Part shown: positions 31,889 through 42,768 of the stretch, in pieces
Numbering within the stretch: position 1 is the stretch's first letter
Layout: the number at the start of each line of letters is the position of its first letter
DNA from: Nematocida ausubeli
Taxonomy: Eukaryota
Direction of reading: 5' to 3'
Assembly: GCF_000738915.1 (NCBI RefSeq)
Contig: NW_026515636.1
Location: 211,175 to 275,174, forward strand
Length of the DNA: 64,000 nt
Position numbers and translations under genes: made by a program
Notes under the pieces: model-generated
The model's input: only the letters and a program-made list of their open reading frames with translations
What the model was told of the DNA's origin: nothing
Databases searched by the model: none

Positions 31889-33571
31889 TCACTCCATTAG
31901 GATTAAGAACTGCTTCTTGCACCTTGCGTGGGTTGGGATTGAGTTTTTAATGAACCTTTGCACAGATTCATCTTTAATGTACTTCCTTAAGACGTATTTT
32001 GTTAGGTCTGTTGTTAGGTCTATTCTATTAACTGCTTCACTTATTATTTCATATTCATTTGGGTTATTGTGCAAGCCATTCTTTGAGAATAATACTTTCA
32101 CTTTTACAAGAGCCATAAGGAGTTCTTCATCAGATGCAGCTTCTTCTAGCTGGGACTCCAGATGTGATGCACCTATTTCCCTTATTTTCTCTTCTATTCC
32201 AGATACTTTATCAAGTATTTCTTGCTTTTCTGCTTCTGACAGGAAATTCTCCACTTTTGGGAATATTTCCACGGTCACCTTTGCAAGTGCCTCAATCCAT
32301 TCCTGGAATGTGATATTCCCTGACCTGGAAAGAGGTTTAATCAGGAACTCCTTGATTTCCTTTGAGATATGCTCTTTTAATCCGAATATTTTCTGTGTGT
32401 CTCGGATTAGTCCTGAAATACTTTGGACCGACTCTTTCTCTGCGCCTCTCCAAAGTATTTTTATTAGAAGAGAGAATATTTCATTTATACTTGGCATGGC
32501 AGCTGCATCTTCTATGCCTTCTGCAGCCATTTTTGTTGTAACTGCCTCTATTAATTGGGATATTTCATGTATAATTGACAGCTTTTCTTTTAATTCCAGG
32601 GATGCTTTTTCTGCTTCACTTGTGTCTTCCTTTAAGAAGTCCAGGAGACCTCTTTTTATGCTTGCTGCATATGCGTCTGCTGCACTTACCACAAAATCAG
32701 ACATTTCCTTGGCCTGCCACGTAACCATGTCCACTGCCTTCATGGCATCTATCATGTAGAGTATGCTTTCTGTTTGGTCTGCGACAAAGCCCTTTATGTT
32801 TCTTAGCTTTGAAAAGAGTGTTCCTCCTGGGTGAATTTGTCTTTCGCCAATTTCTGTCTTGGCAATTGTAAGGAGCGTGGCAAATGCCTTGTGGTAGCTT
32901 TCTGAATCTACTTGCGTATATATCCTGAAGTAATGCAGTGACTCAGAGATGCTTTTGCAGGTTTCAATTCTTCTGATCACTTCAATCTTGAAGCGTGCCA
33001 GAATTGGCACAACCTTTGAGAAAAGATATGACACAAACCTAGAGTCCTTGAATTTCTCCACTTCTGCCTTGATCATCTTGTAGTCTGTCAGGAATGAGTC
33101 AAAGTCATTGATTTTCAAGTACTCCAAGAGAATGAACTCTGCATTGAACAGAAGACTATTGCTTAGCATGAATTTATTCTGCTGCTCCCTCAAGTGAATC
33201 TCTTTGTTCTCCAGAATAATCGGCTCTAAGAGGACTTCAATTGAGTTTATGCTTTGCATGTCCAGGTTCTTCAATGTACTTTTGCACAAATTCGATGCCT
33301 CCATGGACTCTAGTGCCTTTCTGCACTTTATGTACGTTGTGAAATTATTTCTCACCAGATGATCCCTCTCCAGTAAAGACTCGTTTATTTGGTTTACAAG
33401 CACAATTCTGCTTGTTTCTATGTCATTTATGTCAATTTGGTCTAAAAGGGCCTCTACTATATCGTATGGGTCAACTTCCTTGGCTTTCTTTTCTGTTGAA
33501 TCTGGCTGCTCTTTGTCGCATATTTCTGCCTCTATGTTAAACTCTTTTAGAAGCGCAGAAGTATCTTTCAT
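31889..33571 (-). CDS. Exocyst Sec5/EXOC2-like (CATCHR family) helical tethering subunit
   Basis: HLVRNNFTTYIKCRKALE and 'LLFNA...L..YLKINDFDSFLTDY' match the Sec5/Vps51-type N-terminal region. Confidence 0.6.
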   Translation of the reverse strand: MKDTSALLKEFNIEAEICDKEQPDSTEKKAKEVDPYDIVEALLDQIDINDIETSRIVLVNQINESLLERDHLVRNNFTTYIKCRKALESMEASNLCKSTLKNLDMQSINSIEVLLEPIILENKEIHLREQQNKFMLSNSLLFNAEFILLEYLKINDFDSFLTDYKMIKAEVEKFKDSRFVSYLFSKVVPILARFKIEVIRRIETCKSISESLHYFRIYTQVDSESYHKAFATLLTIAKTEIGERQIHPGGTLFSKLRNIKGFVADQTESILYMIDAMKAVDMVTWQAKEMSDFVVSAADAYAASIKRGLLDFLKEDTSEAEKASLELKEKLSIIHEISQLIEAVTTKMAAEGIEDAAAMPSINEIFSLLIKILWRGAEKESVQSISGLIRDTQKIFGLKEHISKEIKEFLIKPLSRSGNITFQEWIEALAKVTVEIFPKVENFLSEAEKQEILDKVSGIEEKIREIGASHLESQLEEAASDEELLMALVKVKVLFSKNGLHNNPNEYEIISEAVNRIDLTTDLTKYVLRKYIKDESVQRFIKNSIPTHARCKKQFLILME

Positions 33572-33626
33572 TGTAAACACGTGAATTTAAAAAGTTTTAT
33601 TATACATTTCTGCTGCTAAAATTTTA

Positions 33627-34238
33627 ATGAGTTCTTCAGTTATTAGTGAGATGGAGCACATGGTGCCCGAATTGTCATACTACAAGGACAAGAATATCTT
33701 CAGTCCAGCTGAAATTGAGGCAATTATCAAAAAGAGAAAGAACTTTGAGCAGATTCTTTCAGTGCGGCCTCGTCTTAGCATATTTCTTCTGTATATTGAG
33801 TATGAAGTCCTATTAGAGCGTATATATTTAAAAAGAGCAAAAGACGTAAAAAACAAAAGGAATTATATCACAAAGAGAATAGACTCTCTCTACTGCAGAG
33901 CGCAATTCTCATGCCTTGGTGTGGAAGAACTGTTTATCTCGCACTTGGAGTATTTCCTCTCTGTAAATAACAAGGAGAAGATAAAGGAAATATCTCTTTC
34001 CATCCCGAAGAAGTGCACGGGAAGCCTGGAGGTTTGGCTGAGGTGCGCATTCGCTCTTAGGTCCATAGGGGAGGTTGAAGGATCCAGGATTCTTCTTCAA
34101 AGATCACTGCGGGTTTTGTCCCACGAGAAGAATCGCATAATTGAAGAGTACATAAAACTAGAGGAGGAAAATGAGGAGAGTGACTCCTCCAGGATTATTG
34201 AAGTTCTGAGGAAGGAGATCGGGGTAGAGTGCAAATAA
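33627..34238 (+). CDS. UTP6: U3 snoRNA-associated protein 6 (truncated HAT-repeat protein)
   Basis: EMEHMVPEL...IFSPAEIEAIIKKRKNFE...FLLYIEYE is the Utp6 N-terminal domain; SRILLQRSLR is a HAT repeat. Confidence 0.85.
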   Translation: MSSSVISEMEHMVPELSYYKDKNIFSPAEIEAIIKKRKNFEQILSVRPRLSIFLLYIEYEVLLERIYLKRAKDVKNKRNYITKRIDSLYCRAQFSCLGVEELFISHLEYFLSVNNKEKIKEISLSIPKKCTGSLEVWLRCAFALRSIGEVEGSRILLQRSLRVLSHEKNRIIEEYIKLEEENEESDSSRIIEVLRKEIGVECK

Positions 34239-35260
34239 TATGATCATGCGTCTGCATACCCGGATACTTCTAAGTCACAGGTAGAATAAAGTAGAATACA
34301 AATATAAATAGCATCTTGCATATCCTGTGCATTTTCAAAGGGGTGAAATTTTAGAGTGTTATATGCTCAGACTAATTATTGGTGCATTGGGTAATATTTG
34401 TCTGTATCTTTATAGAGCGGGTTATATATGACTGGATTGTTCCTTATTAAGAACTAGAGGGCCCATAATCTGATTGGTTTAAAAAACTCAAGAAGGAGGC
34501 CTCTGCAAGAAAGAACATGGATGTTGCTTAGTCTGCTTTCCTTGAACAGTAGAGTTTTATAGGTATCCTCTCTAACAGGATCTTATTAAATAGATATACT
34601 TTTCATTAAAAGCCCAAGAAGAAAATACTTCACTTGAGGCTATTTAAATGGTTTCAGAGTTAAATAAATAACGCATTTTATAACCTTCTAGAAAGTTAAC
34701 CTATCATCTTCTAGAAAATTAACTTAGAGTATGTTCTGCTTGTCTTTTCTTTTAGAATATGCCTCTGTGTATACGAATATTTCATGAAAATTATGCAAAT
34801 TTAAATACGCTTCAATAATATCTGGTCTTGCTTGGCTAAAATATAAAATTATTTAAATATAAAATATATGCATATGTAGAAATAATAATTTATATTATTA
34901 AATTTATATCCATATTTACAGTGAATATATATGGCACGATGCCATATACACCTTCTGTACCTATTTTCCCTCTAAATTTGCCCAAGATATAACCCGAATG
35001 TGTTAAATAAAATAAAAAAGTGCCAAAATATAGTATGGGGTAGCCTGGCTTCGTTCGATTCTATTCCAGCTATGCGCCTTGCATTATATACTGCAATCCC
35101 TACTAGTAATACTTTCTAGATCGTGGTTCTTTAATAATATTCATTTTGCTTATTTTTCTGGTCTTTGATCAAAAACCCTTCATATCAGAAGAAAAATCAA
35201 ATATTCCATGAAGGGTTTCTGATTTATAGTTAGACATCTATATTTTCGCACAAGAAAAAA

Positions 35261-36019
35261 CTATTCATCCGGCATGTGATTGTCGAAGTATTGAAGGGAA
35301 GTGTCAATATGATACGCTAATTCATCGATTGACTCCTTCTCCTTATAATTCAAAGGAATAAACCCTAAAAGTCCTTCATCCTTTATGATTGTTGTAAGTG
35401 CCTGGTTGAATTTCTTTTCATCTGCCGTTCGAGCAGGAAGGTTATCGCACAGGGTCTCAGTATCCAAAGACTCAAGTAATTCATCCAGCTGTGCCTTATC
35501 CACTAAGTCGCACTTTGTAAATATGTTCAGATGCGGTACTTCAAATTTAGACATCGCAATTGTTGCAGAAATTGCAGCAGCCAGGAACCTGGAGTTATCC
35601 AGAAGATGCATCGCATCCAATGCATAAAGCACCAAAGGGAAGTGATTCTTCTGCATCTCTGTAATAATTTTCGAAATAGAGTCAGAGTGCAAATACAGCT
35701 CAATCTGCCCAGGACAGTCAAAAATCAAGAACACTTCATCATCCTCCGGGAGTTCCATTATATCCAAATTATCTGAAATAGCCTCCAGCCCTGCCATAAG
35801 CCCGCCATTTGGCCCAAAATCAGCTGCCTCCATTATTTCAGATATTTCAATGTGGTCCCGAATGTCAAACACAAATTCCAAGTCAGTAAGTGCCTGTGCA
35901 GGATCTAAATTAACCAAAGTAACGCTTCTCTTCTGCGAGGTATAGTGCTCCTTCAGCATATGCGTTAAAGTCGTCTTCCCAGAGCCCGCTGGCCCAATAA
36001 CAAAGAGAGCATACCCCAT
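35261..36019 (-). CDS. GPN3: GPN-loop GTPase 3
   Basis: GPAGSGKTT, VNLDPA, FGPNGGL, IFDCPGQIELY, PHLNIFTKCDL. GPN3 is preferred over GPN2 from the 'YALFVIGPAGSGK' start. Confidence 0.85.
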   Translation of the reverse strand: MGYALFVIGPAGSGKTTLTHMLKEHYTSQKRSVTLVNLDPAQALTDLEFVFDIRDHIEISEIMEAADFGPNGGLMAGLEAISDNLDIMELPEDDEVFLIFDCPGQIELYLHSDSISKIITEMQKNHFPLVLYALDAMHLLDNSRFLAAAISATIAMSKFEVPHLNIFTKCDLVDKAQLDELLESLDTETLCDNLPARTADEKKFNQALTTIIKDEGLLGFIPLNYKEKESIDELAYHIDTSLQYFDNHMPDE

Positions 36020-36032
36020 TTAAAATTTTTCC

Positions 36033-36842
36033 ATGCTGCGCTGTGTTACTTCTGCTGCAAACATATGCGCAAGACTAGCTGTTAAGAATCTTGTGCAAAA
36101 TGGAGCAACAGAGATAGAATATTACCCAGGAGTTATAACGGAAATTATGAGCACAGGGAAATGGTCAGAGGATATTGTAATTCACCTGCGAAAACCACAA
36201 GACTGGAAGGAATTTAACACAAAGCCGCTAGCTGCCCTCATAGTCGTATACCCAACAGACCAAAAGAGTGCCACAGAGAGTGAAATCGAAGAAAGCACCA
36301 ATTACCATGCATCTTTACTGCAAGTCAGAAGGGACTTCTTAAACACAACAAACTTAATTGAAATAAGTGACACAGAAATAGATACAATTAAATCGTACAG
36401 TATACGGCCTAATTGGGAGAAGTACTTTATGCTGCTAGCACAAACTGCATCCACCAGGTCCAATTGCATGAAGAGAAAGGTGGGGGCAGTCGTAGTGAAG
36501 CACAACCGGGTGCTGTGCACAGGATACAATGGGACATCCACAAGCACAACAAACTGTCTAGATGGAGGATGCAACAGATGCAACGGAAATGCAAAAAAGG
36601 GAACAGAACTATCCGACTGCTTCTGCATCCATGCAGAGGAAAGTGTCTTCTTGGAGAGGTCCCGTGCAGAGTTGTTCGATTCAGATTTGTACACTACACT
36701 ATATCCATGCCGCCTGTGTGCGCGTAAAATAGTCCAAGTGAAAATAAAGAGGGTCTACTACATGGATGAATATGTGGGTGACGCAGAGGTTCAGAGTTTA
36801 TTTGAGAGAAATGGCATAGAAGTCCATAAGATACAGAAATAA
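36033..36842 (+). CDS. DCD1: dCMP deaminase
   Basis: RPNWEKYFMLLA...RSNCMKRKVGAV, TGYNGT, CIHAEE, PCRLC zinc motifs. Confidence 0.93.
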   Translation: MLRCVTSAANICARLAVKNLVQNGATEIEYYPGVITEIMSTGKWSEDIVIHLRKPQDWKEFNTKPLAALIVVYPTDQKSATESEIEESTNYHASLLQVRRDFLNTTNLIEISDTEIDTIKSYSIRPNWEKYFMLLAQTASTRSNCMKRKVGAVVVKHNRVLCTGYNGTSTSTTNCLDGGCNRCNGNAKKGTELSDCFCIHAEESVFLERSRAELFDSDLYTTLYPCRLCARKIVQVKIKRVYYMDEYVGDAEVQSLFERNGIEVHKIQK

Positions 36843-36889
36843 ATGTAAGAATAAGAATATCCTTGTGTTAGTATATTTTATAACGGCAA

Positions 36890-37240
36890 TAACCAGTAGA
36901 AGAGTACATACTTTAAGTTACTCGGGTTATATGTATACGCATACACTCCAATTAGTCATATACTCACATATATTTAGCAGCAGTTAGTCCTGTATTTGCA
37001 ACCAATTAGTCACACACTTATGTATTTAGTAATAATTAGTCGTATATTCACTAATTACACATTGTTTGGTCATATTTTCACATATTCAACAATTAGTCAT
37101 ACACTTATGTATATATGCAAGTGCACAGGTATACAACAACTACTTACAAATAACCAATTAGTCGTATATTCATCAATTACATACTGATTAGTCACATACT
37201 ACACTGGTTTAGTACTAATAACCCCGATATAACTAACCCG
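36890..37240. repeat. Degenerate CAATTAGTC(A/G)(T/C)A(T/C)AC repeat cluster between convergent genes
   Basis: ATTAGTC recurs at about 36952, 37005, 37035, 37092, 37158 and 37187, each followed by CATATAC/CACAC/CGTATA-type sequence. Confidence 0.7.
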
Positions 37241-37241
37241 C

Positions 37242-38033
37242 CTATGCCTTGCTATTCTCCAGGAAACTCTCTATTTTCTTTCTCATTTTTGTGTCTATTG
37301 ATACACTGGACGACTTCTTCTTGCAGACAGGACACCTTCCGGACACGCAGTACTCGCAAACTGTGTGCTTGCACTTCATTTTAACTGCCTCCACAATTAA
37401 GCTATTACACTGCGGGCACATAAACTCAGGCGGAATAGATCTTTCCTCAGAAGACCTAAATCTCCTGGAAAACTCCATCGTCTGTGGCTGCGCCCTGACA
37501 AACTTCCCTTCTTCATTCAAAAGCACAGAAGTAGGGGAAGTCTCCTCCACAGGAACTAAAAATGTCTTTGGTATTCCAGTTGCCTTCTTTATTCGCATCG
37601 CATCATATTGTTTATTACTATTTGTTGGGCACATCTGTATAAAGTGCCCTTTCTGCCCACATCTGAAGCAAATATAGGAATCGGGAGGTGTCTTTATCCC
37701 GTGTATATTGTGCATGGTAATACTGCCTGCCTCTTCCTTCACTTTTATCTGTTCTTCCGGCTGCTTGGCCCTCTCCAAGGCCTCTTTATACCCAGAGTTT
37801 ATGTGATTTGGGACTCTCTCTATTATTATGTTCATATTACTGTATATAACTGCATAGTTATTAGTAATGGGCGTCTCTTCATTCTCCATGTAAAATACCA
37901 AGTGATAATCATGGAATGTAAGGTACCTTTTGGCTGCTATTTCTGCCTTTAATTCCCACAGGGGCATAGAAGACCTATCTGTCTCTATCTTGCCAAACTC
38001 CCTCTCCGACCGGAATCTGTACAAGACTTGCAT
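37242..38033 (-). CDS. MPE1: Mpe1/RBBP6 cleavage-polyadenylation factor (DWNN, zinc knuckle, RING)
   Basis: VLYRFRS (DWNN), PPDSYICFRCGQKGHFIQMCPTN, RIKKATGIPKTFL, C-terminal RING CPQC...CKH..CEYC...CPVC. Confidence 0.92.
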   Translation of the reverse strand: MQVLYRFRSEREFGKIETDRSSMPLWELKAEIAAKRYLTFHDYHLVFYMENEETPITNNYAVIYSNMNIIIERVPNHINSGYKEALERAKQPEEQIKVKEEAGSITMHNIHGIKTPPDSYICFRCGQKGHFIQMCPTNSNKQYDAMRIKKATGIPKTFLVPVEETSPTSVLLNEEGKFVRAQPQTMEFSRRFRSSEERSIPPEFMCPQCNSLIVEAVKMKCKHTVCEYCVSGRCPVCKKKSSSVSIDTKMRKKIESFLENSKA

Positions 38034-38047
38034 AAAATTTATTTACC

Positions 38048-41000
38048 ATGCAGAAAGAATATATCCCCAGAGAAATATCCAGAATTAAATTTGAAATATT
38101 AACGGAAAGAGAGATAAGGAATATGTCTGTATTGGCAGTGACCTCCAGGGACTTATATTCAAGCGAGAACAAGGCACCTGCCACCACAGGCCCGCTTGAC
38201 TTAAGACTAGGCCCAAGCACAAAAGACGCCACCTGCAGTACGTGCGGTGAGAAAATGGCAGAGTGCGTAGGACACTTTGGGCACATTGACTTGGCGCTGC
38301 CTGTTTATCACCCGGGACTATTAAAGAATACGCACAAAATACTGCAAAGTGTGTGCAAGCAGTGCTCTGCACTACTACTGCCAGATGAGACACAAGCACA
38401 GCTTCTAATTAAACTGAAGGCCAGAAAGGGAAACAGAACACTTGAGCAAAGAGTCATTAAAAAGGTCTTTGATGAAGCAAAAAAGGCAGTGGAGTGCTTC
38501 CAGTGCAGCAGCATAAACGGGGCCGTCAGGAAGACAGGCTTTAAATTCTTCCATAGAGTGCACAGACTGAAAAAGCACGATGCACAGAAGGAAATAGAAA
38601 GATCCCTTTATAGTGCATCAGTAAAGGATAACCCAGAGATAACAAATTGGATAAATAATGCACCAGATGAATATATATCACCAGTTACAGCGCAAAGCAT
38701 ACTAAGGAATATTCCGAATGATATTACAAGGAGTCTTCTAGGGCTTTCCTGTGACCCTGCTTCTTTGATGCTTACGTGCCTGCCTGTGCCCCCTGGGACA
38801 ATACGCCCGAGTGTCATGGCCTTAGACTCCTCTTCAAATGAAGATGACCTAACGATAAAGCTCAGTGAAATATCGTATACGTCGCAGCTAATTCGTGATG
38901 AAATCGCAAAAGGTGCGTATATGCATGGACTATCAGAGAACTGGGACTTACTGCAGTCACAGTGTGCGCAGTTAATTAGCTCAGACTCACGGCCAGATGC
39001 AGCGAAAATAAGAAGTTTAGTGCAGAGACTAAAAGGGAAGCATGGAAGGTTTAGGGGAAATCTCTCTGGAAAAAGAGTTGAGTTCTCTGGGCGTACAGTT
39101 ATCTCGCCAGACCCAAATCTAAGCGTAGAGCAAGTTGGGATCCCAGAAGAAATGGCAAAAACACTCACCGTCCCAGTGCCCGTAACAGAAGGCAATATGA
39201 AAGCCCTCCGGAAATTAGCACAAAATGGGTGCACGCTCTATCCAGGCGCAAACTATCTGCTAAAACAAGACAGAAGGATATTCCTCCGAGAAAACAACAC
39301 AATTAACCTGGAGGAAGGAGATATCCTGGAGAGACATATGCAAGACTCAGATGTCGTCTTATTTAACAGACAGCCGTCCCTCCATAGACTAAGCATAATG
39401 GCGCACAAAGTGAAAGTGCTCCCAGGGCGCACCCTTAGATTTAACGAGTGCGTATGCTCTCCGTACAACGCAGACTTCGATGGGGACGAAATGAATATTC
39501 ACCTGCCACAGACAGTGGAGGCAAGAGTGGAAGCACTGGAGCTAATGGGCGTAAAGAATAATCTGGCAGTCCCCAGGAATGGCCAGCCATTAGTCGCAGC
39601 CACACAGGACTTCATCACAGGCAGCTACCTTATAACAAAGAAATCCACTTTTTTCACAAAAAAACAGTTCGGTCAGCTAATTGTATACGCCCTACCAAAG
39701 CACACGGGAAGGATGACAGCTAAGCCCACTATACTCAGACCTTCTGTTCTGTACACAGGAAAGACCCTTTTCAGTCAGGCCTTAAACCTGTCTGTCTCCA
39801 TGGAAATTCGCACTAGAAATTTCACCCCAGGCACAACTTTCTCCTCAGTGAATGAAGGCCTATTTGTCATGCGAGATGGTGAGATACTTTTTGGCCGCGC
39901 AGATAAAAGGATAGTCGGAGCAGAAGAGGGCACTATATTCCACTATGAATTAAGAGAAGGAGGGCCGTCTGTTGTAGTTAGTGCTCTTGACGCAATTGCC
40001 AGATTATGCTCCAGATACCTTGGAGAGGCAGGGTTCTCTATAGGACTGGATGACGTATTTGCAAAACCAAAATTACAGAAGCTGATCACACAGGCTGTGG
40101 ATGGGTGTGAGATTGAAGCAGCCAGTAAGCCTGCTGAGAGTACAATTGCAGTTCTCTCCAGGGCCAGAGAGGACGCAGGAAAGCACTGCATCCAGCACCT
40201 CTCCCAGCATAACTCGCCCGTAATCATGCAGGCATGCGGTAGCAAGGGCAGTCTTATAAATGTGTCACAAATGGTCGCATGTGTAGGGCAGCAAGTAGTT
40301 GGGGGTCAAAGAATATCCAGGGATTTCGGTGACAGAACACTTCCCCACTTCATGGGGGACACAAATGCATCAAGGGGTTTTGTCAGGTCGTCCTTCTGCG
40401 CTGGCTTGTTGCCAACGGAATTCTTCTTCCATGCAGTCAGTGGAAGAGAAGGTCTTGTGGACACGGCAGTCAAAACAGCAGAAACAGGTTATATGCAAAG
40501 AAGGTTAATGAAAGTACTAGAAGGCGTATACGTGGCATATGACGGAACAGTCCGCAGGGGACAGCAAATAATTCAAATGCAATTTGGTGATGATGGCTTA
40601 GACCCAGTTCTACTGCAGAAAGGCACACTCACAACAGACATGCCGTCTGCACATTATTGGGCATTGAAAGTGTCGAATAATTCAGGCGTAAATATATTTG
40701 CAGAAAATGTTCATCCTTCTGTTGTGCTTATATACGACGCAATTAAATCCATATGGAAATCAGTCTATAACCCGCACACAGATACAATTATGCCTGATAT
40801 ATGGGAATTGCTGAATGGTTCAGTGGGGTATTTATTGTTCCGTCATGAAAATATGCATCTGATTGAATTGATTAACGCATACACAAAGGACCACCAGATG
40901 AATATTTCAGTTAAACAACTATTCATTTGCAAGATGCTCTTTCAAGCACTTAAGTCACAGATTGAATACGGCACGGCAGTGGGTGCCCTGGCTGCACAAA

Positions 41001-41884
41001 GCATTGGTGAGCCAGGTACGCAAATGACCTTAAAGACATTCCACTTGGCAGGTACGTCAGGCGCAAGTATTACACTCGGAGTGCCGCGCCTTAAGGAAAT
41101 CATAAATGCAAGTACGTCCATTAGTACGCCGCTTATAAAAATATCCGCAGAGCCAGGTCATTTTAGTGAAATTCCTGGGCGTGTGCAGCCTGTTGTAATC
41201 GGTGACCTAGCTGAATCTGTCTCTGTGAATAAAATATCCGCTGTATTTAGGATACCGGAGGGACAAGTGGCAAGACATAAAATTGAAAAGGAAATTAAGG
41301 GAATTGGAGCGTACAAGAAGGATGGGGTATATTATTGGGAGGCACCTTTGGAGAAATCAGTTCCTTCTGAGATTGATAAATTATTGAAGACGAAAGTAAA
41401 GGGGGTGGGAAGTATTTCCCGTGTGATCACCACAGACTCAGAAATAATTGCAGAAGGAACGGGTCTTTTAGAGATTCTTGGCACAGAAGGCGTGAATTCT
41501 TCAGAGACTTCAACTAATAATATATACGAGACGTACAAGACACTAGGGATAGAGGCAGCCAGGGAGTCAATTGTGAAGGAAATTCAGTATACAATTGGGA
41601 GGCACGGGATATCCGTGGATGCCCGTCACATAGGACTACTTGCAGATGTAATGTGCTTTACTGGGGAAGTATGCGGAATGACTAGATTTGGGCTGCAGAA
41701 AATGGGAGGGTCCAGTGTGCTTACACTTGCTAGTTTTGAGCAAACAGGAGAGCATCTCTTCACGGCAGGATATTCTGGCTATGAGGATATGATAAATGGA
41801 GTGAGTGAGTGCATAATCAGTGGGCAAAGGATTCCCATAGGCACAGGATCATTCAAGATCTTATTCGACTGCGAGATGAAATGA
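38048..41884 (+). CDS. RPC1: RNA polymerase III largest subunit
   Basis: CVGHFGHI, RGNLSGKRV, YNADFDGDEMN catalytic motif, EDDLTIKLSEI, QMVACVGQQ, TLGVPRLKEIINAS, SVLTLASFEQT; no CTD heptads. Confidence 0.93.
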   Translation: MQKEYIPREISRIKFEILTEREIRNMSVLAVTSRDLYSSENKAPATTGPLDLRLGPSTKDATCSTCGEKMAECVGHFGHIDLALPVYHPGLLKNTHKILQSVCKQCSALLLPDETQAQLLIKLKARKGNRTLEQRVIKKVFDEAKKAVECFQCSSINGAVRKTGFKFFHRVHRLKKHDAQKEIERSLYSASVKDNPEITNWINNAPDEYISPVTAQSILRNIPNDITRSLLGLSCDPASLMLTCLPVPPGTIRPSVMALDSSSNEDDLTIKLSEISYTSQLIRDEIAKGAYMHGLSENWDLLQSQCAQLISSDSRPDAAKIRSLVQRLKGKHGRFRGNLSGKRVEFSGRTVISPDPNLSVEQVGIPEEMAKTLTVPVPVTEGNMKALRKLAQNGCTLYPGANYLLKQDRRIFLRENNTINLEEGDILERHMQDSDVVLFNRQPSLHRLSIMAHKVKVLPGRTLRFNECVCSPYNADFDGDEMNIHLPQTVEARVEALELMGVKNNLAVPRNGQPLVAATQDFITGSYLITKKSTFFTKKQFGQLIVYALPKHTGRMTAKPTILRPSVLYTGKTLFSQALNLSVSMEIRTRNFTPGTTFSSVNEGLFVMRDGEILFGRADKRIVGAEEGTIFHYELREGGPSVVVSALDAIARLCSRYLGEAGFSIGLDDVFAKPKLQKLITQAVDGCEIEAASKPAESTIAVLSRAREDAGKHCIQHLSQHNSPVIMQACGSKGSLINVSQMVACVGQQVVGGQRISRDFGDRTLPHFMGDTNASRGFVRSSFCAGLLPTEFFFHAVSGREGLVDTAVKTAETGYMQRRLMKVLEGVYVAYDGTVRRGQQIIQMQFGDDGLDPVLLQKGTLTTDMPSAHYWALKVSNNSGVNIFAENVHPSVVLIYDAIKSIWKSVYNPHTDTIMPDIWELLNGSVGYLLFRHENMHLIELINAYTKDHQMNISVKQLFICKMLFQALKSQIEYGTAVGALAAQSIGEPGTQMTLKTFHLAGTSGASITLGVPRLKEIINASTSISTPLIKISAEPGHFSEIPGRVQPVVIGDLAESVSVNKISAVFRIPEGQVARHKIEKEIKGIGAYKKDGVYYWEAPLEKSVPSEIDKLLKTKVKGVGSISRVITTDSEIIAEGTGLLEILGTEGVNSSETSTNNIYETYKTLGIEAARESIVKEIQYTIGRHGISVDARHIGLLADVMCFTGEVCGMTRFGLQKMGGSSVLTLASFEQTGEHLFTAGYSGYEDMINGVSECIISGQRIPIGTGSFKILFDCEMK

Positions 41885-42768
41885 TTTAGGCTGTTTATGG
41901 TTAGAAGTGTCTCATGAAGACTCTTTGTCTTTTATTCTCTTCTAAGAGGAAGAGTCTTTTATTTTTTGTCTCACGAAGGTTTTATTCTTTCATTCTTTTG
42001 TGAAGGGTTATTAGTGGTGCATGAATATTTATATTTAATAGAGATAGTTTAATTTAAAGAATAATGGAATCAAATGGAATAAACATATTATTGGATTTTG
42101 GGGATTTAAAGTAGGATTTGGTTAAGTTTAAGTAGATCTATGATGGTTTATATCGGGTGGGTATATGGTGGTTTAAGAGGGTTTTGTTAATTTTAGAGTG
42201 GTATATATGAAAGAGTTAGTTAAGTTTATAGGTTAACTGGTCTTATGACGGGCTATATTCGGGTTATGTCAAGGCAAGGATATGTTTATTAACTTCTTAC
42301 TAAGGAATGTTGCATCTATTTAAGTCCATTGACTTCTGCTAAACTACAGCGCATTTCACTTCTATTTAAATCGATTGAATATTCTCTTGTGTGCATGAGT
42401 GATTTTATTTTATTTTTCTGAAGTGTATTGCGCTTTTTTAAAGTGTATTAATTTCTGTCAGAGTGCATTGAATTTTGTCTAAGTGTATTTTATTTTTTTA
42501 AAATAGAATAGGTTTTTTTAAAGTACAATGCGCTTTTATAAAATTCACTTGTTTTCCTTCTATATGCACTTGTTTTTTCATGAAGGATGAGTTTGATCTG
42601 TTTGGCCTCCTTTTAAATATTATTAAGCCCATATAACCTGAAGTAACTCCCTCTAAGGCCCATTAACTTGCTTAAAATTTGGATTTTTGGAAATTAATTT
42701 TCCCTTTTAGAAATATTCATAAACCAATTAGCTGGAATATTTATAAACCAAATAACCAGAGTTATTTC

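Noticed and set aside
31917..32759. Long antisense ORFs (also 8368-9195, 60655-61521, 63098-63928, 3699-4382)
   Set aside because: Shadow frames opposite well-supported genes, with the Ser/Phe/Ile-rich composition typical of antisense to K/E-rich coding sequence.
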